From Bugula neritina (lineage: Eukaryota > Animalia > Bryozoa), in assembly GCA_964035545.1 (NCBI GenBank), contig OZ037769.1, forward strand, positions 17,328,633-17,392,632: DNA of 64,000 nucleotides, in the 5' to 3' direction. Made by a program: the position numbers and the translations under genes. Below the pieces are notes generated by a model. That model did no database searches, was not told the DNA's origin, and saw nothing but the letters and a program-made list of their open reading frames with translations. Below, piece after piece: positions 25,301 to 36,659 of this stretch; position 1 is the stretch's first letter, and each line of letters begins with the position of its first letter.

Positions 25301-28300
25301 CCCAGAAGCAACAAATGCCTGTATAAAGCCTATTAATCATAAAGATTTGAACATAATAATAATATGTTCCTTGAATAAGGTGAAAGTTTCTTTGGGACAA
25401 AAGAAGGTTCAGTCATTGACATTGGCACCAGAAATATGGACCATTGATAAGGCATCTATAGAATTTGGAGTAAACAATTATCGTTGTGTTTCAAGTTAGA
25501 AAAATAAATATTTAATATAGTAGCAGACTGAAGAAATAACAACGTAAAAAAAGGTTATCTCATGAGTTACAAGTTGCCAGTACAAGTGTGAAAAGCAAGT
25601 CTGGATAAGAAAAAAACTGCTGGGTTTTTATAGTCGTAAAAAAGTTAGCTTCTGTGTATTAGCTATAATGAAAATGGAAAAGCATAATAATTATAGCTGA
25701 GATGACATGTGAAAAGCTATCATGTATTAGGAAAAAAACTTTCCCAGCTTATGTAAGAACCCAACAATTACCTAGCACAGCAAGCCAGCAGACTGCAAAA
25801 AGAGTTCTGTCTGAATCAGATACTAAAGTTGGAAGACCATTGCTTCCAGCTATGAAAAAGAGAGTTGTAAATTTTTTAAGGATGATGAACATTAGACATG
25901 GCATGACGCCAATTACTTGATTCTTTAACCAGTACTAACCAAATTAGGGCGAGGTTAGGGCCATTGTGCTATATTTAGGCCCATCTGTTTCAAAAGCCAC
26001 AATTATTTTCGGCATGTATTAAACACCACCGTCATCGAATTAATTAGGCCTATTGTGTTCAGGGCCATGTTGATATATTTGGGTATGCTTTTGAAGCCTT
26101 CCTTGCCTCAGCTACTTAATGTACTTGATTCCAGCAAGATTTCAGCTGTTTCACACCATTCACTCACAGAAATAACAGTTGCTACCTGAAACTTAATGGG
26201 AATATCATATAATGCCAATCGGCAGAATTTTTCTTACGATATTACACACAAATCAGATTTTATTGTAATCTTCAGTAGATTTGACATATATAGGAAACAT
26301 ATATGTATCTACTTGATATTTTGAACAATATGAATAATAAAATATGTATGATCCCAACATATTATATTGAAAAATTGCAATTTGCCGATTTTCGTACACA
26401 TACCATTTTTCCGTGCGATTTACTTCAAGTTTGGACAATATAAGGACATTTAAATTTATGAATCTACAAAATACACTAAATGACGTTACAGAAAATGCTT
26501 GTTTGAAAGATTTTAATGTATTCAAACATCGGGTTACATCCTTGTGAAGTTGGGCGAATTTTCACATTTTCTTCACTTTGGGTGTCTATATCTCGGAAAA
26601 TATTATTTTTAAAATTACAAAAATTAAGGAGTATAAAGTAACCATAATCAACTATTTATGGATAAAAATTCATGGAAGTAAAATAAAAATTAACGCCTTT
26701 TGTGATGTGGCAAATATTCAAAATTTTTCAAAATTCATAAAAATTTGCCAATGTTCAATGGCTTAGCATATATGCACACAAAGTATTCTGCAGTATGTGT
26801 TACTACTAGTGCAAATTGATAGGTGTTATCAAATCACACACCAAATTTTAAGGCTCAGTCTAGAAAAATAATGGAGATATGGACGTTTACAAATTGGTCT
26901 AAAAGTAAAAGTCGCAAATTTTCCTCAAAATTTTTCCCAACCTTTGTTCATAGAAATAGTCATTTCTCAAAAACTTTTTGTGTCAGGCCAGAAATATTCA
27001 AGAAAAGTACTCAGAACATGTGTAGGTCTATTTGGTGTAAATATGAACAAAATCTGAGACGCAAAGGCGTGGGCCATTGGTTGAGTTGACGCGGAATGAC
27101 CCTACTGTAACATATGAGTATATACTACTGTAACACATGAGTATACACTACTGTAACATATGAGTATATACTACTGTAACATATGAGTATACACTACTGT
27201 AACACATGAGTATATACTACTGTAACATATGAGTATACACTACTGTAACATATGAGTATACACTACTGTAACATATGAGTATACACTACTGTAACATATG
27301 AGTATATACTACTGTAACACATGAGTATACACTACTGTAACATATGAGTATATACTACTCTAACATATGAGTATACACTACTGTAACATATGAGTATACA
27401 CTACTGTAACATATGAGTATACACTACTGTAACATATGAGTATATACTACTGTAACACATGAGTATACACTACTGTAACACATGAGTATACACTACTGTA
27501 ACATATGAGTATACCCTACTGTAACACATGAGTATACACTACTGTAACACATGAGTATATACTACTGTAACATATGAGTATACACTACTGTAACATATGA
27601 GTACGCACTACTGTAACATATGAGTATACACTACTGTAACACATGAGTATATACTACTGTAACACATGAGTATACACTACTGTAACATATGAGTATACAC
27701 TACTGTAACACATGAGTATGCACTACTCTAACACATGAGTATACACTACTGTAACATATGAGTATACACTACTGTAACATATGAGTATATACTACTGTAA
27801 CACATGAGTATATACTACTGTAACATATGAGTATACACTACTGTAACATATGAGTATACACTACTGTAACATATGAGTATACACTACTCTAACATATGAG
27901 TATACACTACTGTAACACATGAGTATACACTACTGTAACACATGAGTATACACTACTCTAACACATGAGTATACACTACTCTAACACATGAGTATACACT
28001 ACTGTAACACATGAGTATACACTACTGTAACATATGAGTATATACTACTGTAACATATGAGTATACACTACTCTAACATATGAGTATACACTACTGTAAC
28101 ATATGAGTATACACTACTGTAACATATGAGTATACACTACTGTAACACATGGATATACACTTGGTTGGAAATAGCTACCCAGGTTACCAAACTAGTCATA
28201 CAGGCTGAGTGGACTCAACTACCCCTTACCGGTGTATCTGACGTTTTCATCCCAGCCAGGTCGAGACCATGCTGCTTCCCTGGTGTCCTTTCTGCTCTGG

Positions 28301-30593
28301 AGGTCCTGATAGGCCCACAGGTGGTGGCACATGTTCACCTTACCAATGTGAGAGAAGAATCCACACACCGGGGCGTTGTTCTCCTGTCTGTATTTGAGAG
28401 CCCGGGCCCAGTGGTTCCCCCACTCTATCGTGGAGCCAGGCTACAAAGCGGAGACATACATTGCTACAAGAGATGAGAACCCTAGAGGAGAGAACTAAGT
28501 AAGTGAACATGACAAACTAATCAATACTTACAAATACTACTCAATACTCACAATAACTACTCAATACTCACAAATACTAATCAATACTTACAAATACTAC
28601 TCAATACTCACAAATACTACTCAATACTCACAAATAATACTCTATACTCACACGTAACTCATAACTTCTCATCTCAAATATGTTTCCCGGCTCTCGCTGT
28701 TTCTGAAACTCCCAGAATGCAAAGCGCAAGAGTATCTGATTGTACCTTGACCTCAGCATAGCATTTCTTTTCTGTCTGTATTCGATGATTTCCTGCAAGT
28801 GTACCAGCTTATGGAGAGCCTGAACAAATGGAGAAAGAGAGAGAGAGTTGTGCTGTGTTACTAGAGCTTACCGGGTCAGTTCTGTATATCTGCATGGAGG
28901 TGTTGTAGGAGGGATATCCCCCCTCGTAGGCCCACAAGTGAACCGCCTCGTCCTGGTCTCCAATCAGACAAGTCCAGCTACCAGCCAACTTCGCACCAGT
29001 GTCCTTCTCCTGCATCAACTCCACGAACTTGGCACTGCAATAGCACCGGCCTTGTGTATGCGTGTGGTGATACAGTGTTAGACTTATGTATGTATGTGGT
29101 GATACAGTACTAGCTTTATGTATGTATGTGGTGATACAGTACTAGCCTTATGTATGCGTGTGGTGATACAGTACTAGCTTTATGTATGTATGTGGTGATA
29201 CAGTACTAGCCTTATGTATGCGTGTGGTGATACAGTACTAGCTTTATGTATGTATGTGGTGATACAGTGCTAGACTCATGTATGCGTGTGTAGCAATGCC
29301 ACATTGACATTGTTGCGAAAATTCAGTATTACATTTTATACACGTGTAACAATGCAATACCAAGCTGCGATGTCTATCACATAGCAATAACTAACAGGGA
29401 AATAATTTAGCAATACTAGAATACATCATGTTGTAAAAATATGTTAGAAGATATGACTACACAATATAATTATAAGATAAAATGTGACTAGACAATACCA
29501 CTGTTACATACCATTGCTCTAAATAACCGTGCATCTTGGATGGCTGTACCCTGTGAACTAACAAATATAAGAAAATCAATCAACAGTCAAGCATTACTAA
29601 TTGCTTCTATACTACTTTGATTGAACTGATATAAAGTTGTTACACAAGAATGAAGTGAAAAGACACACAAGTTATTTACTGCAAGACATTTGCACACTTA
29701 CACTGAAGTTCATATACACACTCCATGTCTGATAGCAAAGTCGACTGGGTTTTACTTGGCGTATCTAACTTCTCTACTTTCATAAGTTTCTGGAACCACC
29801 AATCATCTTGCTTGCATGTCGCAGCAGACATGTGTAAATGTGATCTGCATAAGCCAATAACTAGATATATTTCACAATACAGCATCACAACTAGTAGTGA
29901 ACTAGAGCCACCTATCATTGACCCTTTGCATTCTTAGCAATTATCAAGTCTAGAAATTTATTGCTATTATTACTACCATTTGGCAGGTATTGAATCGATA
30001 ATTCTAATATTCACAATTTTATTAATTAAATTTAATAATTGCTAATTAATATTATTATTACTATTATTATTATATGTTCACATTGCGATTGTGCTTGAAA
30101 TTAAAGTTAATTATTAAAAATATTCAAATTCAAATGGTGCTCACACTTTGCCTTGTTGTGTAGTGATACTCCTACAGGTACAGCTACTTATCACTATGGC
30201 ATTGAACTTGATTATGAAATTAAATATAATAACAATTATTGTTGTCTATTAATATTCATATTGTACTTAAACTTATAGTAGTTGTTGGTAAAATTAAATA
30301 AATATCAAAAACAGTTATATTACTTCTAATATTAACAGTAACAGCAACATTAACACACTACCAAGTGTAACTCTACGACTAAAAGTAAGAGTAAGTGAAA
30401 CTCAAACTGTGAAGTGAATAGTAATACTAATAGTTATAGTATACTGAAAATGAATAACTTACTATCACTATCACAGTATCAGTATTACTATTATAATTAT
30501 TATTATAATTATTTTATTATACCTGGCTAACTTTGAAGCATTATCTTTAAATTTCACTGTCTGCACAAACAAAAATGAACGACGTAAAAACAT
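22359..30593 (-). CDS. NIPSNAP: NipSnap family mitochondrial protein
   Basis: Exons ~30523-30593, 29701-29830, 29512-29557, 28873-29035, 28653-28792, 28230-28440, 22359-22423. Motifs [64 protein letters not shown]. Confidence 0.92.
23369..27102. mobile_element. Non-autonomous foldback DNA transposon, Sola2-like (GGG...CCC termini, 4-bp TSD TACT, >1-kb inverted arms, decayed transposase fragments)
   Basis: Starts GGGTCATTCCG and ends CGGAATGACCC; TACT is duplicated relative to the repeat unit. Mirror ORFs 23382-23657/26823-27089 and 23955-24227/26253-26525. Inner remnants [26 protein letters not shown] and VVDFFQDDEY resemble the Sola2 transposase N-terminus. Confidence 0.8.
25482..25766. mobile_element. 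Solo-LTR-like ~285-bp insertion nested in the right arm of the foldback element, copy 2
   Basis: Absent from the mirror position of the left arm. Flanked by ATTAT/ATTAC (imperfect 5-bp TSD); ends CAACA; similar to 17190-17466. Confidence 0.6.
29052..29292. repeat. 33-bp intronic tandem repeat
   Basis: TTATGTATGTATGTGGTGATACAGTACTAGC-like copies. Confidence 0.8.
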
Positions 30594-31250
30594 TCTCTTT
30601 GACTTTAGTTTGTCTAAACCTGGAAGGATTATAATGACCCAAAGAGACAACTATTGCTAACTATAAAAATTACCACTTTATAATTTTTGCAACTACTAAT
30701 GCAAAAACTTTGTCAGTGAGACTACGGATACAGCGTGTATATTACATATAAGACACCAGTTTGTAAGAGAACTAAGCGACTACTGACTGGTTTGTTGGTG
30801 GAGTAACACTACACTATAGCCTCAAGTTGATATTATATTAAGTAAAACTGTTACAAACTGACATACGCTTTATGTTTATATTTATGCGAAAGAAAAACAA
30901 GTTGTGGTTTAGTCTCCAAAGATTATGCTCAATAAAAAATTTGTAAAAAGTTGTGTTTAAATTTTTATATTTTAATTTTAACATTTTTAAATAAAAATAA
31001 AAACAAAACAATTTCTAAATAATATTTTATATATAAAAAATAACTTTTTGAGGCTTTTCACCATAACAACTCTTTAATATCCGGTAGAAATTAAAGTTCA
31101 AGTGCGACTTGATGATTTGAGTTTGAGTTTAGACTATTAAATTTTATGTTCCAGATTTTAGTGTGTAAATGATATAAATTGCATAAATAATTTTTTTAAT
31201 TTTAATATAAATTTTTAGTTTATCCTGCAATCTAATTAGATACAATCGCA

Positions 31251-34200
31251 ATGGCCCTGAATTTAGAAGATTACTTCAAAACCACTTTTGAAGATAAGCT
31301 CTTGGTGTAAGTTTCAGTATTTTAGTACAAATTTGAAATCTTAAGTATATATCAGTGACGAAACGTTTTGTTAGAGTAAAAACAAGTAGTTGTTTGATAG
31401 GTTTTATGTGATAAAAGTGGCTATAGGACTCAGAACGAATGCCATCGTCTCGATAATTGTGTATAGAAGCAAATAAAGTGTACAAGAGCATACAGCATAG
31501 TAATAGCCCAAGCATAGATTTCATCTTGATGCAAAGCTGCACTGTTTGGATTAGTTACAAATACGCTCATGCTGACGATGAGTTGATTATTATTTGAAAC
31601 AATTCTTCTCACCTGTCTATATTGAATCGACAAATGTGCATCTTGCTTACAGAGGCAGATACCTTTTCAGGTTTAACTTATCACAAAAAAATTGTCGAGT
31701 ATTGTGTGGAGGATGAATTATATATGAGTCTAAATGCTATGCAATTTTATTTTTAACATATTTTTTGTTCTGACAGTTTTTACTAGAATTGTTTAAAATA
31801 GAGGTCACTAATACATTTCTTTAGGAAGATGCCAGAGCGTGAAGATGATCATCTTACACCAGCTACTAGACTCTTAGAGAAACGGAGAGAAATGCAGGAA
31901 GTGGAACAGGCATTAGCAGCTCAGAAAGAAGTACGATAAAATGCTCTTGAAATTTTTTTTTAGTGAAGTTCTTTAATAAATGTTAATTTCCATGTCAAGT
32001 TTCTAAACCTTATAGCTTTTTTTCAGTATGTTTCTTGTGTGCATATTATGATATAACTTTAGGAATTTCAAATGAAAATGGAAAGCTTACAACAGCGGAG
32101 AGATGAACTTGAGAAAAAGGAATTTTCACTCAAAGAACATTTACTCAAATTTGATCATTTCTTAAAGGTATGTTCGCAATTCTACCTCTTACAGCTGTAT
32201 AATACTTGCAACAGAAGCTGAGTATAGTTTGTGTTTTTGTATGCATTTCCTAATTATTTACATTGTTTTAGTGATTGATTCAATTTTATTTAGACTCTTC
32301 TAACAGGATGCTGTAGAGTAACTACTGTAGAGTAGCACTAGACAACTTTGTCAGATTAGTTTATTTACTGAAACATGAAATGCATTCGTCTAAAGATTTA
32401 TATGGTGTTATTAATTATTGATAATCAAAAGGAAAATGATGCCAAAAGATTGCGTGCACTAAGGAAAGCAGGGGAAGAAAAGGAGTTGAAGAAAGTTAAA
32501 GAAACAGAAATTTATAAGTAAGTAACTTTTAGAACACTTTACTAAACCTAGTTATTCTAGTAGTAGTAGTAGTGGTAGTGGTATTAGTATTAGTAGTTGT
32601 GTTAGTACTAGTAGTTGTGTTAGTACTAGTCGTTGTGTTAGTACTAGTACTAGTAGTTGTGTTAGTACTAGTCGTTGTGTTAGTACTAGTACTAGTAGTT
32701 GTGTTAGTACTAGTAGTTGTGTTAGTACTAGTAGTTGTGTTAGTACTAGTACTAGTAGTTGTGTTAGTACTAGTAGTTGTGTTAGTACTAGTAGTTGTGT
32801 TAGTACTAGTAGCTGTGTTAGTACTAGTACTAGTAGCTGTGTTAGTACTAGTAGCTGTGTTAGTACTAGTACTAGTAGCTGTGTTAGTACTAGTAGCTGT
32901 GTTAGTACTAGTACTAGTAGCTGTGTTAGTACTAGTACTAGTAGCTGTGTTAGTACTAGTAGTTGTGTTAGTACTAGTAGCTGTGTTAGTACTAGTACTA
33001 GTAGCTGTGTTAGTACTAGTACTAGTAGCTGTGTTAGTACTAGTACTAGTAGTTGTGTTAGTACTAGTACCAGTTTTACAGAATAAAAGATGAATGCGAT
33101 GAGCAAGTCGCCGCAAGGGAGAAAGTGAAAGCCAAAATAGACAGACTTGTTGTCTATCAGAAATATTTAGAGAAAGTAGTAGAATCTGCGGAGGAGTTTC
33201 ATGAGATTAGAGAAATATTGTCTCGACACGACACATTGACGTCTACATACCAGGTAAGACAAACCATTGACCTCTACATACCAGGTAAGACAAACCATTG
33301 ACCTCTACATACCAGGTAAAGAAAACCATTGACCTCTACATACCAGGTAAAACATACCATTGACCTCTACATACCAGGTAAAGAAAACCATTGACCTCTA
33401 CATACCAGGTAAAACAAACCATTGACCTCTACATACCAGGTAAGGGAAGCTTTATTCTATACAGTTAGGTTATTCACATCTGATCATAATGTTGTGCCTT
33501 TGAAAGTATCAGGGAAACATTTACGTTATGCTATGTTGAAAATTTCCAAGTTTGAAGGAAATGTACTGTTTTTCTAAAAATGTCATAAGCTTGGCGTTAC
33601 AGTGTCACAGAACACTGTGGTTGATCTTTTCAAACAGACTAGTTCTAAAGCAGGAGATCTTTATGAATTGTTATCGTAGTTCTGAGTTTGTGTTCCTGTT
33701 ACTCACTAGCCTGTGTTACTGTGATTTATTAGCCTGTGTTCCTGTGATTTACTAGGATTTGATGGATAGAGATCAATTAAATCAAGAAAAAATAGACGCA
33801 GAAAAGTCCAAACTGTCTAAATACACAGAAGATAAAAACACAGAGATACTCGGCTATAACAATCAGGTTAGCCTCATTACTTTCTCACGTTTCATAGCAT
33901 GTGAATTACCATGGCACACAAACACTTTAATATGCCAGTCTGTATTCCTTATCACTTGTTTTATCTTCTCTCCACCACAGCTGTCTGGTCTCCAAACAAA
34001 GTTTGACAAAGCTCAGAGTGAGGCAGCACATTGGGAGTCTCAGTGGACGCACATCAAGAACACGGCAGCGTCAAAGACCCTTGAGTTGGGGAAAATAAAA
34101 ATGTAAGGAGAAGAGTAGCTAACTCCAAACTTAAACAAGTTTGTTTAAAATTATTGTGAATAGAAATGAAATAAAGCTGTAAAAGCCAGTCTTTCTTTAG

Positions 34201-35478
34201 TGTTCATGACCCTGTACTACTAGTTACTCTGTGCTACTAGTTACTCTGTGCTACTAGTTACTCTGTACTACTAGTTACTCTGTACTACTAGTTACTCTGT
34301 ACTAATAGTTACTGTGTACTACTAGTTACTCTGTACTACTAGTTACTCTGTACTACTAGATACTCTGTACTACTAGTTACTCTGTATTACTAGTTACTCT
34401 GTACTACTAGTTACTCTGTACTACTAGTTACTCTGTACTAATAGTTACTGTGTACTACTAGTTACTCTGTACTACTAGTTACTCTGTACTACTAGATACT
34501 CTGTACTACTAGTTACTCTGTATTACTGGTTACTCAGTACTACTAGTTACTCTGTACTACTAGTTACTCTGTATTACTGGTTACTATGTACTACTAGTTA
34601 CTATGTACTACTAGTTACTCAGTACTACTAGTTACTCTGTACTGCTAGTTACTCTGTACTACTAGTTACTCTGTACTACTAGTTACTCTGTACTACTAGT
34701 TACTCTGTACTACTAGTTACTGTGTACTACTAGTTACTCTGTACTACTGGTTACTCTGTACTACTAGTTACTGTGTACTACTAGTTACTCTGTACTACTA
34801 GTTACTGTGTACTACTAGTTACTCTGTACTACTGGTTACTCTGTACTACTAGTTACTCTGTACTACTAGTTACTGTGTACTACTAGTTACTCTGTCTGGT
34901 TGCAGGGCGACACACAACTTGTATCTTCTAGTGATGAACAGACAGCGTGGAAGTTTAGCTGAGCAAGTGGATGATACATCAGAACAGCTTGATAAGGTAG
35001 GGTAAGGTGGGGTATGGTGGGATATGGTGGGGTATGGTGGGATATGGTGGGGTATGGTGGGATATGGTGGGGTAAGGTAGGGTAAGGTAGGATATGGTGG
35101 GGTAAGGTGGGATAAGGTAGGGTAAAGTAGGGTAAGGTGGGATAAGGTAGGGTAAGGTAGGATATGGTGGGGTAAGGTGGGATAAGGTAGGGTAAAGTAG
35201 GGTAAGGTGGGATAAGGTAGGGTAAGGTGGGGATATGGTGGGGTAAGGTGGGCCAGTGTGTAGGTGACTCTTTATGACATAATATACTTGGCACATTACT
35301 GAAGATATAATATGACAGGTACATATTGCATGTTTAGAATGGAATGATAACTCCCGTATGACTGAGTTTTGCATTATTCCAGATACAAGTGTTCATTCAA
35401 GACCTGAATAAGATTACAGAAGAAATAAAGAGATCAGACATTGCGGCTACAAGTATGGCAGCCACTTCCAGTCACTAA
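31251..35478 (+). CDS. CCDC42: CCDC42/CFAP73-family (DUF4200) ciliary coiled-coil protein
   Basis: Spliced product [18 protein letters not shown]...[16 protein letters not shown]...[15 protein letters not shown]...[31 protein letters not shown]...[12 protein letters not shown]; stop 35476-35478. Confidence 0.88.
32557..33070. repeat. Intronic 18/24-bp repeat (GTACTAGTAGTTGTGTTA)
   Basis: Tandem copies; source of spurious low-complexity ORFs. Confidence 0.9.
33234..33445 (+). repeat. 31-bp tandem repeat of an exon end plus splice donor
   Basis: CATTGACCTCTACATACCAG|GTAAGACAAAC; seven CAG|GTAA donors from 33254 to 33440. Confidence 0.9.
34213..34895. repeat. 17-bp intronic minisatellite (TTACTCTGTACTACTAG)
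   Basis: About 40 tandem copies ending next to an acceptor. Confidence 0.9.
34992..35250. repeat. G-rich 10-bp-based repeat starting at a splice donor (GGTAAGGTAG/GGATATGGTG)
   Basis: Tandem copies directly after GATAAG|GTAGGG. Confidence 0.8.
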
Positions 35479-36659
35479 CCCCTCTGCTCAGTCAACATGA
35501 CTTCTCTAGTAACCTGACTCCATTACTAGTAACACTCCTCACTAAACTCTAACTGAGTCTTACTCCTGCATATAAACTGAGTGACTTGTGTCGCTAAAAA
35601 CCCTCAGATGCGCCCCCCTCCTCCCTGAAGTAGATCAACGGCTTGAGTGACTTGCGATATTCACTGCAGCACTTCTATCCCTCCATTGGCTGACTGATTT
35701 CCTGTAAGATCCCTCTATTGGCTGACTGATTTCCTGTAAGGTGTACATGTTGCTCTCATTGATGTCTAGGTTTCATCTGGTAGTAGATCACTAGGCTAGT
35801 ACGAAGAGACGCCAGGTCAGGCCTCTATAGTGACGTCGAGCTGTATTCAACTCGTATGCAGTCTCTGTATAACACTGTTGGATATTCCACTTGATTTTTA
35901 AGACTTTGTCTATTTTTATTACAGTTTTTTGGTAACCAAAATTTAATATATATTTTAAATTCAATCTCTGTTATGAAACTTTGTTTTACAGTCTTTACAT
36001 TTTTGTATTAGTTATAATTTTATAATAAAAATAGGCCATATAAAAATAATTTATCAGATTGTCACAGACAAGTTAAAAGCTCAGTTATATTATATGTGGG
36101 CGCTCGTTACGGAGTACCTCGGTATTCAATATATCAAACTGGTAGAACACAGGCCAAGCTTCTGCATATCTCATTGGTTTAGCTACTCATGAAGACTCAA
36201 TTTAGTAATTTAGTAAAATAAATTAAATCACAGGACAAGTTTATGTAAAGGATATGAAAATATAACACAACCAAATAAATTAACATGTATGAAAATATTT
36301 CCATTAATTTACGGTTTGAGTCTGTCATAGAGATTTGGGTTTACACTTCAACTAGTAGGGTGGAGATGCACAGAATAACTCCTTTACTTTAGAAAAGCTC
36401 CGGAAAGACTCAAAGAATAATTAGTTGCACCAGGAATACACACAAACATCAGCACCAGCTCAGCTCTAGAATGTAAGGATGAGAATCAGAATACTGTTGC
36501 AGCCCTAAGAATAGCCTGTGCTCACAGCTCACAGGCTGGGCTAGTACAGTTATATAAAGCATAGCCTGTGCTCTCAGGCTGGGCTAGTATAGTTATATAA
36601 AGCATAGCCTGTGCTCTCAGGCTGGGCTAGTACAGTTATATAAAACATAGCCTGTGCTC

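Larger units (their letters stand above)
22424..28150. repeat. 23-bp minisatellite (CACTACTGTAACATATGAGTATA) filling the last NIPSNAP intron, split by a transposon (arrays 22424-23368 and 27103-28150)
   Basis: More than 80 near-identical tandem copies with no unique spacers. Confidence 0.95.

Noticed and set aside
23382-27089. Duplicated 88-91-aa ORF pairs
   Set aside because: Mirror images within the transposon's inverted arms; no recognisable protein features.
22424-28150. CRISPR-like appearance of 23-bp repeats (also the 33-bp array at 55436-57964)
   Set aside because: Units are contiguous with no unique spacers, no cas genes, eukaryotic intron context.
31276-31633. Antisense ORFs with a hydrophobic, signal-like start in CCDC42 intron 1
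   Set aside because: Short, partly overlap a real exon, no splice or homology support.
32529-33116. Thr-rich mucin-like and Val/Leu-rich ORFs (also 40976-41480, 44527-45136, 48245-49365)
   Set aside because: Simple-repeat artefacts.
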